A DNA stretch of 62,956 nucleotides, filler included, from Choristocarpus tenellus KU-1152 (GCA_964200185.2; 12 parts of 12 records of this genome joined end to end with filler, not necessarily neighbours in it); one strand, 5' to 3'; shown: positions 12,647-24,243, counted from the whole stretch's first letter. Notes: a model not told the origin generated them from the sequence alone. Numbers and translations are program-made.

Positions 12647-12909
12647 GAGTCAAAGTATCTTAGAGGGTAGAGCCACGTCCGTTTGGGGACCAAAATCCAA
12701 TGTTACGATTTAGATGCAATTTGGCTATATCGTGTTTGTTAGGAAGTGTCAATATCCTTGTTCCGGACACACCTTTTCACAACGTATACACATTTTACTT
12801 ACTCCGAAACATTTTGGAGTAGGAAAATGTCATAAAAAGAAAATATGGGAAGCCAAGCCTCAAACAGACAAACAGGGCAAAACGCATACCCTCTGAGATA
12901 CTTTCACTC
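12647..12909 (+). mobile_element. MITE, GAGTCAAAGTATCT family, complete copy
   Basis: TIRs GAGTCAAAGTATCTTAGAGGGTA / TACCCTCTGAGATACTTTCACTC, flanked by a 3-bp direct repeat AGC. Confidence 0.92.
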
Positions 12910-13797
12910 AGCAATATCGCAGGAGATATTTTCGCAGTAAAGTACAACTACAAAATAAGCCACAATGCACAATGTCCAGCCGAATATGTTATATTGTTGC
13001 GAGACATTAGGGCGGGCAAGATGTGCTTCTGGAGGGATCAGGGATAGACTACCATAGGTTCAGGGTACAACATCATTCAATACTCCATCTCTAATCGCAA
13101 AACCACCTTAGAGATAAGATTCAACAAAAACACGCTGCTTTGCCAATAGCAGTGCCACTCTCTCTTAAACGACGACAACAACGACTACAAATAGAGTAGC
13201 TAGGTAGCTATGCTTACCATATCACTTTACGTTATTATGGCCTTGCAGAGTTCTATCTCTACCATGGGTGCTAATAATGCTGTGTACAGGGCCTTTGTCC
13301 AGGTGGTATTCCTGGTCCACAAATGTGATGCTTGCACTTATGCTTTACAACAATTGGATTGCTATTGAGATATTAGAGCACCATCAGAAAGGACTATTTT
13401 ATGGAAAAACCAATACGAAGCATGCTGTAAGCGCTTTGAAGTATTTGACATATGAACGAAGAATGAAACAGAGCGACTTCAATGGATTGCATCTCGGTCG
13501 CTTTCCTCTCTCTTTACCGCCTCTCTTCTTGGAGTATGAAAAGGGTACATGGATTTTGGGAAGAGAGTTTGCCAAAACATCTGTCTTCAAAGCTTAAGTT
13601 TTTGTGGGTTCCCCTTGTGCGATCTTCTTGTCCTCTTGCCATAAAAATGCGTACCATGTGACATTATGCCCACCACAACAGTGTTTTTTGTTCAGCGTAT
13701 GGTCGTGTGGTGATTTCAGGGTGAAGTATGCAGTTACCAAGCTAGCAAAAGTCCTAAGACACGATATGATCTTCATATCATCTGCCTGGAACTGCTA

Positions 13798-13960
13798 CAG
13801 GCGAATAGCGCGAGCGTTTCTTCTCGTGTTCTAACAAGCGCGAGCAGTATACGAGATTAGTAGCACATGGGTAGCCTTACAGAATAAATGCTGATTCCTT
13901 AGAAGATGCAGAGAAAGATTCGTAATGCATACGTAACCTTCCAGAAGAAACGTCAAAGTT
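13798..13960. repeat. Dispersed repeat (second copy 28378-28655)
   Basis: aggcgaatagcgcgagc...ttctaacaag...gattagta.cacat...ccttacagaataa...gatgcagag.aagattcg...cgtaac...gtcaaagt is shared with 28378-28655, which has extra internal ~50-bp subrepeats. Confidence 0.8.
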
Positions 13961-15297
13961 CCTAGAAGTTGCAGAATAACGGTTTGTGATTGGAGTAGTA
14001 TACAGCAGTTTGCAGATATCTTTTACCGTAGAAATCTAAAGAAAATGTGTGGATGATGATGTTTTTTAAAACAGTATTTAATCTTGAACGAAACATTGAG
14101 TCAAGCTTTGAGCTACGCACTGAATGGAGTATTGAGAGAAGACTGTCTGACACCCAAGAAACTGTTCCCAAGGGCAACGTCCCCAGAGCGTCGTTTTAAG
14201 GTAATTGGATTTGGGTTGCACACCCTGTAGAGGTGAGTTCTGGGGCGTGTTGTACCAGAGCCTTTTCATTTCTTCCTGGACGAACTCCTCAAACTGAAAG
14301 GGTGAGAGTATTAATAAAGTTGCTTGTCTGTAGTATCTTCATATCGATGCTGACACTGAAGGATTCGACAAGATGTAGAAAGGAGGTTTTGCATCAATGA
14401 CGTTCACAACATTTGTTACAAACACTCCGGTGCTTACCATGATGAGTTATGTAGCTCCAATCCATGAGCCTGTAGGCTGATGATGAGCCTTGCAGACGAT
14501 GCAATATTGGAAATATAATAAAAAATGCTATATCTCTCACTTGAATTATTCACTTTGTGATTTGATAGAGGTAAAGAAAGCACTGAAAACAAACAATGAG
14601 ACAGGCAATAAATAGTCTGTCTCACAATTGACAAAATATTACGGAGTAAATAAATAGTAAATAAATAGTAAAGAAGCACAACATGCAAAAGCTAGTACTT
14701 GAAGCTCATAATGGCGTTTATGAAACCGCCATCAAGACAACCGCCATCAAGACACATCTACTATGACACATGTAACAGTGGAGCAATAGGATGCGTCTGT
14801 CTTCCAACAACATAGCTTGAACCCAATGGTCTTGGTGCCACTTGTTGTGGTCGTGGTTAATAAATCCACTACCGACAGGTAGAACAGAGAACTCTTGGAC
14901 GGTAGGATTCAGAGCATGTTTTTTGTTTGTTTGTAAATTTTATATTCTCTCCCCTTTCCCAGCAAGTCAGCTACTGCCAAATTGTTGGCTGGAATATGTG
15001 TCATATGGACATCTTACTATGAGGTGAATATAGTAAAAAATGCCGACTGTTAGACGCAAATGTTGCTCCATCTGCAAGCACCACCACACCAAGCACACCG
15101 CAGCAAGGAATGCAGATATATCAACATACGATTATAACAAACAGCTACACCCCCTCCCTCCCTTCAGGATTTCAGGGAGCACTTGTATGTGGGGGGGNNN
15201 NNNNNNNNNNNNNNNNNNNNNNNNNNNNNNNNNNNNNNNNNTTAATTAATTAANNNNNNNNNNNNNNNNNNNNNNNNNNNNNNNNNNNNNNNNNNNN

Positions 15298-16331
15298 CCC
15301 CCTGCTATGTCTTGTACCTTCCATGTCTCGTCTATGGTCCTAACCTCCCTCCTGCCTCCCTGCTTCGAGTACGTTGCACCTACCGCAATCCTTTCTGCTT
15401 CGTCGAGGACTACTGTCGACTTGGGGTCTGTATGACAGTGTGAAAATTCTGGTGCACTCGCTAAAAGGTCCCACCACCCCGGGCTATTCCTCCACCCAAA
15501 TTGGAGTCTAAAATCAATCACTAGCAAATCTCCAACACAATATCCAAACTTTGCTGCCCCTTGTGGTTCTACTGGTACTTGGCGAAAGGCATCTTTCACA
15601 TCCATCTTACTAATCATAATCCTCGCCCCCGGGAGCTTCTTCCTTAAACCCACAATTCTCCTAATTACGTCCCCTATCACTGTTCCACAATGTACGGGGG
15701 GGGCATCCTCTAACTCTGTCTGGTCATTCACACTCGGCCCCCAACTCCCTTGCTGGTACGACAGATCGCAAATAATCCTTACCTTCGTGGGTTCTTGAAT
15801 TACACCAACTGGGGACACCTGCAATCCTGGGATCTTCTCCCAACTCCTTTTTGGGAACACCAAAGCTCTACCCTGGGTCACATCACTCACTACCGTTTCT
15901 AGTAAGGCCTTCTTCCTACTTCTTGCACTCGTATGGTTTCCATACTCTAGTCTCTCCTCAACACTGCCTATTCCCCTTACGCACACTGGCACTCCCTTGC
16001 TCACAACCTGTTGGAATTGCGCTATCTGTGGGAACCCGATCTTTTTCCCAAAATGGTCATCAATCGTCTCCCAATTCAACCGTTTGGGACTCCATCTTTC
16101 CCCTAACCTATCCACTAGAGTCCCCAAGTCCCCCTCACACTCTCCTATTAATACTTCCCCTTTTCTTACCAACTCCTCCAGTCCCTCCCCTAACATTACC
16201 CCTTCCTTTTCTCTCTTCCAATCTTGCCATACTCTCAACCAATCTTCAAAGTCATCTGTCATTCCCCTTTCCCCCCTCCCTCTAACTTTGAGTGTCCAGC
16301 GTATTGACCCTGGTGTTGGAATCCCCGACAT
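15298..16331 (-). CDS. DIRS/Ngaro-type reverse transcriptase (partial)
   Basis: Motifs YGNHTSA, LQVSPVGVIQEPTKVRIICDLS, SVND and MSKMDVKDAFRQVPV...FGY...IDFRLQFGWRNSPGWW are typical of YR-retrotransposon RTs. Confidence 0.88.
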
Positions 16332-16412
16332 CTCTTGTCGATGTTGTGGTAGCCTTGATGTTCATTGATCTCCTCCAGCCGCCCCCCCCTGGGTAGGGGT
16401 GGGCCCGCGTCT

Positions 16413-17648
16413 TCATGGGTCTTTCTTATTAGCCTTGTCCTCGGTCTGGGCTTCCTTCTCTCTATCTTCTCCCCCTTCTTCAAAATGGTCGTATTTGCAA
16501 AAACCATTTCTTTTCAGGAATTCACACTCCTTTCCTGACTTCCATGCATAACACGGGTTGTAGGTCCTTCCCCCCTCTCTTGGTACTCCTGCTCTATTTC
16601 GGTCTTCAGTCCTGGGAGATTTTGAAGCCCTTGTCTCCCCCCATGTCCCCGCCCACTTCATGGATTGGGAGCGGGACTCAGTGCTATACAGGGTGGGTAG
16701 CATGTTCTTTGCTTGGGCCAATGTCGCTTCTACACATGTAAAATGCGGGCTCGGCGGGAGTGGTATCAGTGTGTCGTGGGGAGGTGGTGTGTTAAATTTA
16801 TTCCCTGTAATATCAGCCGCTGCCGCCAACCGCTTTTCCCAACACATGAGGTCCTCCTCTACTGCTCCGAAGAATAGCTCCACGATCCGTTTATTGGCCC
16901 CGTAAAACATATGAACTTTACGTCGAGTCTCGTCCAAATCATCGATTACCCGTTCTGTCCGTCTCTTCCCCCTATTCCACCTATCCCCATATTTACAAAT
17001 CCTCACCATGGCTGCCACAAAGCAGTCGAAGTTGTCAGGTAGTTCGTAGTCTCCTTTGACCGTCTTCCTCCCTAGCTCCCCTTTAGGTATGTATTCTCTT
17101 ATCGTGAAGCCTGCCAGGTGTTCCAGCTGTGCTGCAACCTCTTCCGTCACATCCGCCGTCTCCTCCACTATCCTCTGCAACTCGTACTTTGTTGTCCTGG
17201 CGTTTCCCGATTTTATCAATAGGGGGATGAACCCGAGTAGTATATAGTACCTTCTCACCTCCACCCTGTTCCACGCCTGCATCAGTGACTTCTCTTGAAA
17301 TATTTCGGCCATCGCTGTTGACGGTGTCGACCCCCTCTCCCTCATGGCTCCTACTCCCCTTCCCATCCCTCTTTCTTCTTCCCCTTTCTTTGATGTTCTC
17401 GACCGACATAGTTCTTGTAAAATCTCCATCATACCGTCTATTCTTTCTGTCAGCTTGAGGATCTCGTCGTTCTGATTTTGTGGTTGGCCTTGGTTGCTCA
17501 CGCTCCTCTGCTCTCGGTCGTCCCCGTCCTCCACACCCATCTTCTCTCTCTCCACTGTCTCGAAGATTCCCATTTCCCGTTGCGTTCGATATGTGCCTGC
17601 ATCCTCTGCTCCGCCATTGTTCCCGTCTCTAATTCCTGTTCCTTCCAT
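16413..17648 (-). CDS. Gag-like ORF1 with C-terminal CCCH zinc finger
   Basis: 411-aa ORF with a coiled-coil-like segment (EILKLTERIDGMMEILQEL) and PCYAWKSGKECEFLKRNGFCKYDH. The overlapping charged ORF 17998-17498 is probably its frameshifted N-terminus. Confidence 0.75.
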   Translation of the reverse strand: MEGTGIRDGNNGGAEDAGTYRTQREMGIFETVEREKMGVEDGDDREQRSVSNQGQPQNQNDEILKLTERIDGMMEILQELCRSRTSKKGEEERGMGRGVGAMRERGSTPSTAMAEIFQEKSLMQAWNRVEVRRYYILLGFIPLLIKSGNARTTKYELQRIVEETADVTEEVAAQLEHLAGFTIREYIPKGELGRKTVKGDYELPDNFDCFVAAMVRICKYGDRWNRGKRRTERVIDDLDETRRKVHMFYGANKRIVELFFGAVEEDLMCWEKRLAAAADITGNKFNTPPPHDTLIPLPPSPHFTCVEATLAQAKNMLPTLYSTESRSQSMKWAGTWGETRASKSPRTEDRNRAGVPREGGRTYNPCYAWKSGKECEFLKRNGFCKYDHFEEGGEDREKEAQTEDKANKKDP

Positions 17649-18606
17649 CCCTTCTCTTCTGCCCCATCCTCAGTCATTTCTTCTCCTTCCCCTCTTCTTG
17701 TCCCTTCGTTTTTCTTCTCGTTTTCCCGCGCCATCTCATCCCACTCGATATCGTTGTCCCTCCTGTCTGCCATATTGCCCATATGTTGGCACAGCAAGAA
17801 GCTTGCTCGGAGGTTGCCTTGATCTCCCCTCCTCGTCTTGTACCCCTGGTTTTGTATCCCTTTTTTTACTGAGTGGCTGTTGTCCCTCCTTTTATCTCCA
17901 CTCATTTCCATTATCCATCTCGTCCCTTCCTTAACTATTCCCTCTCTTCCTACTTCTTTCTTTTCCTTTTCCCCCACATTCTTGTCCTGTGCTCCCAACC
18001 AACCAGAATTCTTCCGCCCACAAAACTCAGATTACTTCATAACTTTCACTTTGGTTTGGCATAAAGTCCGACAGGCGTGCAGATGGTCCTTGTGGTTTTA
18101 GGGAGAAGTATTCCCCCTCACAAATGTTCTTCCACGCACACCTACACCCACGTAGAATGTCTCACCCCCACTCCAAACTCCTTAGCCAAATTAGACTCCA
18201 CACTCCTCAAGAGCCTCTTATCACCTGGAGGAAGAGCCAATGCATAGCACAGGTTAAGTATGATCTGACCTTTCTCGGCCAGCTCGGACTTCTTTCCCCG
18301 AAACGATGGCATCGTGTTGGGACAACAGGCTGTGGTAGCTTGCGATGGAGGTTGTGAGAGAGTTGTTAAACTCATGTTGTACCAAAACATTGCAAAAGGA
18401 TCAGAACATGCCCCATTCTGTGTTCCATTCTTTCGGAGCCATTTCAGAACGGATTTATAGAATTTTTAATTTAGTCTTTAATGCTAAATTTACGAAGGAA
18501 TCCAACGAAAATGTCCGTTTGTAATTGGAGGTCATCTGGAAGAGGTACAACTTAACGGCCCACACCTATTGTAGTAGTGCAGGTCTTATGTCTCGATTTT
18601 GTAATA

Positions 18607-19300
18607 CAGTGGGTTACCCGATTTTGGGCCAAATATTATGAACCAAATCACAAAATTCAACTTTGTACCACTTTTTTTGACATGCTCAAAAATAGTATTT
18701 TGTACCGGAATTATCGTATGCTGGTGATTTGGCACAAAATCGGGGAGATATTCACGCGAGTTTGGCGCGCGCAAAAATTTATCGCGAAAAGTGCCCTTCT
18801 TCCTGGGTCATGCTACCATACAGCAGTACAGTACGTTGCTGGTAGAGAAATAAAGTGGAAGCCATGCCTTGTGCAGTGGGAAACCTCTACAAGATGTCTT
18901 CAAACACACCAGGTCTGCCTTTCTACACAATCCACAAGAGCCGTATGTGCGGTGGGTACCTCCATGGTATATGTGGTGTAAAGCATCCCGAACTCGACGA
19001 TGACTGCAAATGTTTGTGCGAGGGGCAGTGCTTGGCACTGCAGCAAGTCGAGGGCGCTGACGGCAAGGGCGTATTGTTATTGGCTTCATCACTCGGCTCG
19101 CTGAATGGTAGCTCGTCTGGTGCTGCAGCTGGCAGCCGCAAGCAGAAACTAGTGCCCCTTCCAGGAGGGGCCATGGAACAAAGCGGTCCAACTTGACGTT
19201 GAACACGAAGTCTGAAGTGCTTGACCACCTCAAAGAACAAGAAGCTCAAAGTCGCTTTCGTCGCAGAAAAATTCAACATCGCCGAAAGGATGGTGAGGAT
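18607..19300 (+). mobile_element. pogo/Tigger-like DNA transposon, left end with degenerate transposase N-terminus
   Basis: The terminus TA|CAGTGGGTTACCCGATTTTGGGCC at 18607 is similar to TA|CAGTACCTACCCCGATTTTGTGC at 47859. The ORF from ATG 18864 encodes a Cys/His finger and then, across frameshifts, a CENP-B/psq-type HTH (KRSNLTLNTKSEVLDHL...VAEKFNIAERMVR). Confidence 0.72.
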
Positions 19301-19400
19301 NNNNNNNNNNNNNNNNNNNNNNNNNNNNNNNNNNNNNNNNNNNNTTAATTAATTAANNNNNNNNNNNNNNNNNNNNNNNNNNNNNNNNNNNNNNNNNNNN

Positions 19401-19451
19401 CCACAAATGGACAAACAAGGAAAAATTCGTACCCTCTAAGATAGTTTCACT
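19401..19451 (+). mobile_element. MITE right end (GAGTCAAAGTATCT family), partial
   Basis: aaatggacaaacaagg...taccctctaagatagtttcactc. Confidence 0.85.
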
Positions 19452-19728
19452 CAGAAGTTTGAGTTGAACTTTGGATGGATCGGTGAAGTCACATCCTTGT
19501 GACCGTGAACGGTAAGCGGTGGAGGAGTTGTGACAGGTTGTCAGTACGACCCGTTTGTCCCCCACCCACACACATACTCTCGTTTCCCAAAAGAGAGACG
19601 CGCGATAGTCGCGCGTGGACGAAATACTTTTCAATAATTTCATTTCCACACCTTCACTACAAAAGAGTATTTGTAGTAAAGTTAGGATAGTCCTCAACAC
19701 ACCTATTTGCACCTTCAATTCAGCATTC

Positions 19729-21467
19729 ATGTCTACAGCTGAAGGTGATGCCGAGGATGACATCAGTGCCGATGGTTCGCAAATTTGAAAGATAGTGTCA
19801 GCTGAAGGAGATGATAAAAACAAGGGAGGTTGCACTGTGGGGGAAGCAGGTGGCAGATAGTCAAAGACGAAGCGGTAAAAGACAACGGCGGTAAGTACTT
19901 CTTTGGCGACTTCGTTTTCTATCCTCTTTGGAACTTGGTAGTTAAGTGCAGTGAGTGCGAAAGTGGTTGCTAGACCGACATAGTGTTACCATGTCTTGTC
20001 ATGTTCGAGCAATGTTCCAATAATTTTCCCGTCTTGATAATGATCCCTGGACCGGAAACTCCATCGCAGCAACAGAACGATGTCTCATTAATAATGTCAA
20101 ATGTGGTGTGTAAGGACTCTAAGGCATCTTTTCTGGTGCAACTTCAGGGGGGTGACCTCGACTTATCTGGCAAGTAGGGATAGGTATTGTGCGATTTGTT
20201 GTTGTGCACTTTCAATCATTCTATCCATGGTCTATGTTTACCATATCAAATTAGTCGTCTCATGTTGCCTCACAGCGGATACGGGGTCTATCGGACGAAT
20301 AGGGTTGGCAAGCGGGATCGATGGAAGATGGACATCTGACCTCAAGGGTGTCTCCTCCCTTTTCAGTTAGCTTGGCTTGTCCACCACTACCAGAGGTAAG
20401 ACAAGGGAGTGTCCCCGTCGCACAAGAACGCCCAACTCACCGAGTACCGCCACCCCTTCGATGAAGAAGAATGATAATCTAGCGGCAGACGCTTGTAATC
20501 ACTTTCTTACAAGTCCTTAGGGTGGATGACGTCCGACTGACCCTCTTTTTCCTTTCTCTTTTTCTTTTGGCGAAGCGATAAGGCAGTATTGAAGTTTGGG
20601 GGATGCCTACATCTTTCTTATTTGTACAGAGAATCAGAACCCACGAACTATGATTGTGCGCCAACAGTGATGGTGGAGGTGGGTTCCCTTTTACTGTGGA
20701 CCAATAATGTGCTTGTTGATGGTTTGAGAAAGGTTATTGTCAAACATGTTTTTGGTTTTACGTTATGGTAGAGTGCAGTAGAAGGTGCACTGTCATGAAG
20801 ACAAAATATATGGCGTTTTGTGGGAACAAATGAGGTCCGCACACCTGTAGATTTGTTTCCAACTCTGAAAAATCGAAGATGGCGTGAAAGCGAAGAGTTG
20901 TCCTACGACCTAGTAGCCACCTAAACAATCCGCACCACCAAAAGTACACCGAGTTTCTGTTGGTTCAGCATAGACAATAGGCTGGGAGGAAGGCACCTCA
21001 TCTGAATGTGGATGCTCATCCAACGTGAGCCATGAAAAATCTGTGTGGTCCAATGTGCGAATGATCACTGTTTGAAAGGGGAAAAAGTGTGCTTTGAAGA
21101 AGAATAGTGCTCTTGATGATACCAAATATCCATGACCTAGTCCAATATATTTCTTGGCCGAGCATTGCCTGTTGTTGGCTGGTCCTAATCCGACTACAGG
21201 ATTGCAAAGGAAAAGAAGTTGTTGTACCTGTCCCACCCGCCCAAAACACACACAGCCCCCCCTTCCTCACTGACATGCTTTGGGTATTGTGGCTCTTCTA
21301 CCGGTGCTTTATAGGACGGCAATTTGTTCGACAAATCATGCAGAGCTCCACCATGCTGGTTATAGGGGTAGGACCTACCGAGGCTAAGGTGAAGGGTGTG
21401 TTCAGTCAGTTTTGCCAACTACAATACAAGGGAAATGTATTTGACACCATGGGCGGGGACTTTACAG
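19729..21467 (+). pseudogene. BIN4: BIN4-like topoisomerase VI accessory protein (possibly disabled)
   Basis: Exons ~20070-20169 (GC donor), 20276-20347 and 21315-21467 splice to DVSLIMSNVVCKDSKASFLVQLQGGDLDLSADTGSIGRI...TSDLKGRQFVRQIMQSSTMLVIGVGPTEAKVKGVFSQFCQL. This matches the plant BIN4 C-terminal pattern (LVE..G...DLSGD.G.VGR...DLKG..Y...I.PS.T..VV..G..EAK.E....F.QL). The putative acidic first exon 19729-19890 has three in-frame stops, so functional status is uncertain. Confidence 0.7.
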
Positions 21468-22748
21468 GTTAGACTTTCTTATTTTATTTCTGTTTTGAGT
21501 CTGCTCCACTTTGGCCATGGTTATGGTCTGCAGAATACCCTGTGAGAACGGAACACTGTGCCCTTGACCCATACTTATCTAGGGGAATAGTTGTACGTTT
21601 GTTAGGAAACACACACCCCTACTCATGCTTGAACAAAATGCCTTGATGCGGCATAGGTTTTGATAGGGTAGGAGTATTATCCACCCACAGTTGATCAGCA
21701 GCAAGAATGAAGCAAACAAATTGTGTTGAGGAAGGATGTTCTTATTGAGGTATGAAATGCTGGTAAGGAACACACAGATAGTCTTGGTGAAAACCCACAT
21801 TGCAATGTTTTGTGGAGAACCTACCACTTTTGTATATTATTGTTGGATCATGAGAAATGTACATAAGTCTGTGTACATGTCCTTTTCACTGCTTTGAAGG
21901 CAGGTGCAAGTGTGCCAAGTCAGGCTTTCTATTGGTAGCCTCACCTTGCTCCTGTATTGATTCTTGTGTTGTTAAGCATTCCTCTCGTTGTTAAGATCTA
22001 GATCCATGCAGGTTAAGAATGCCCATACAAGGCATGCATATCTCAAACTGCATGTCTGTTTATGACTGGAAATATGTTTGGCTGTTAATTCTCAAGTCAC
22101 AATCAAGGTGTATAGTTGAGTCCCTCGTATATGCGAGGCTTTCCAACTTTAGAGGCATGCTTAACTGTCTAGTGTTGTTGACGTTGTTGGTCTCTTTTAG
22201 AAAGACCATGTTTTAGCTATAGATTTATCCCTTGAGAATATCTCCCCTTGATGGACACCATCACGTTATGTAGCATTGTAGACTACACACCTCCCATGTG
22301 TTACGGATGCTACCTACTCTACCTCACAGAAAGTTGAGTGATACAAGTCTTCATTCTGAAAGTCGAGAGAGGGGGAACAAGCTGCGCAATACCTCTTTTT
22401 TCTTCCTTATTGTTGACAAACAATAATATCTTCTTCACTCACAAATTATCATCTCAATCATTGGCAACATATCCACATTTTGTGTGTGGGGTTGGATTTT
22501 TACCACTAGTGTCACTTGCATTGTGTCTCAGTGTCCGTGGGGGTCTGTCTTCTCTCACGGTGGTGTTTACATTTGTGAAGCATCATGAACATGCCCAAGT
22601 CACCCAAACCGCCCACCCATACGCCTCCAGCGGTGGACCCAATTGTCACGACCATGAGATCTCTCTTCTGCCTAGCTCTAATGTCTAGATTGAAAATTTC
22701 ACCTCCCTGTCCTAACACATCTAACCCCCCCAAAAAAATACAACCAAG

Positions 22749-24243
22749 GATATTTGCTCAGTGGATGCATCAGCTGTGGAAAAGACTGCGTCCAATAACA
22801 GAGTTGGTGTATGTGAATGCACCACATCTGTATGGTGATGGACACCACCCCGGAGCCGTGGATGACTGCCTTGTAGCGCAGACCACAAAGGGCGATGGCA
22901 ATGAGAGGATAGAGAACGGCCATGGTGGTGGATGGTCATACAGTTCCTTGCCAGTGACTATGTCAGTTTATTAGTGGGGTGTGTGGTATATGCTGTGTGT
23001 GTTGGTTCTGAGTAGAGGCGCAGGAATGGAAGTTTTCAGAGTCTTGATCGACAGTGATCTGTAATGTTTGGATCATATAGTGTGAGATCTATATATATAT
23101 TTTTCTTTTGACGTGCTGAAGAGTTGTCTTGCCTTTTGGGGGCAGAACAGTCAGAGCTTTTGATTGGGCGAGATTGAGATGAACACAAAATAGCAATTCA
23201 GAATATATATATATATATGTTTTCTGTACATTAATCACCATTTGAAGAAAGGAAAGGTTACCCACTCTCTCTGCTGAAGCACACAAGTCATTGAAATACA
23301 CGATTGGGAAGAAATTAGCTCAAGACCTTGGCGTTACTCATGACCCCACCGATCTTTCCCGAAGGTTGAGCAAGGCAGGGCGTCAACACCTGGGGTTGAA
23401 CTTAGGGTTAGGGTTGAACCATCACCTGTGACGGACGGAGTCTTGGCAGGCTCTACAACGGTCACAGAGAAAAACGCCTCCCAACATCCTGGTCCGTCCC
23501 CAGAACAGGGTCGAACATGGTGGCGATGTGATGTGGAGGAGCAAAGAGTAGGTAAGGCAATCCTGGGCTTGAAAGGGCGCTGCCAGTGGGCGGGTCTGGA
23601 GGAGAGTCTTTGGCTTGTCACGTTTGTGCGTGTGGGACAGGCAGGGACCATTTGACGGCTTGATGGGGTTCAGCCAGGGGGCTGCTATGGCAAGCGTGTT
23701 TTATCACTGCGTGTTTGAGGAATACTCTGGGGGAAGTGAAGGGGTTGTGAGATGTTTTTTTCTTGAATCTGTTGTGAGGTGTAGTGGTGATGAGTGCTGC
23801 CTGTCTGCCTGCCTACCTGCCTGCCTGTGGGTGGGGGTGTGTGGCACTACTGCTGCTGGGGGCGAGTGCACTATAAGGGGAGGGATGTAAATGGCTTGAC
23901 TGTTGCATGCTCCTGTTTTAGTTGATGTGCTTTTGCTAGTTTGATTTCACAAAGGGGCATGCTGTTGTGTACTTGTTGTGTCCATACGGCCACGAATCAG
24001 TCTTCCTGATTTGGCTCTGTAGCGACCATGTATGACTTGTTTGTCGTAAATTGTTTAGAGTGCTAGTAGTTGTTCTTTGTATTGACTTTGCTTGAGGAGT
24101 TAACAAATTTCTTAGTTGCTTGACAAGCATTTATCTGATGCAACGCTCTCCACCTGCCTGCTTGTAGGTAACTCCCACCTGCACTGAAAAGTTCTAGATT
24201 TGGCATATTTGTGTCAGGGTGCTTTCAGCCACATCCCACTCAG
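22749..24243 (+). pseudogene. FSH1/OVCA2-family serine hydrolase pseudogene
   Basis: Fragments: IFAQWMHQLWKRLRPITELVYVNAPH (from 22749), RTWW...WAGLEESL (~23510-23610), then a +1 frameshift into VWDRQGPFDGLMGFSQGAAMA (GxSxG nucleophile motif), and RFGIFVSG (~24196-24220). Confidence 0.8.

Larger units (their letters stand above)
15298..18390 (-). mobile_element. Ngaro/DIRS-type (tyrosine-recombinase) retrotransposon, 5' half (gag plus RT), cut by contig end
   Basis: A gag-like ORF (17648-16413) ending in a CCCH finger is followed by an RT ORF (16331-15298). The coding strand is strongly purine-rich. A homologous copy lies at 28756-31720. The recombinase itself is not in the window. Confidence 0.85.

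Noticed and set aside
13300-14420. Possible RTE or integrase remnants
   Set aside because: Only weak partial motifs (DRTRGTHKNLSF, LPK...RGKRP, TPQNSPLQG) are present, too degraded to assign.
19729-19890. Stop-codon reassignment or RNA editing to explain the in-frame stops
   Set aside because: All three stop types occur, other genes terminate normally at TAA/TAG, and the neighbouring gene has a frameshift. Decay or UTR status is simpler.
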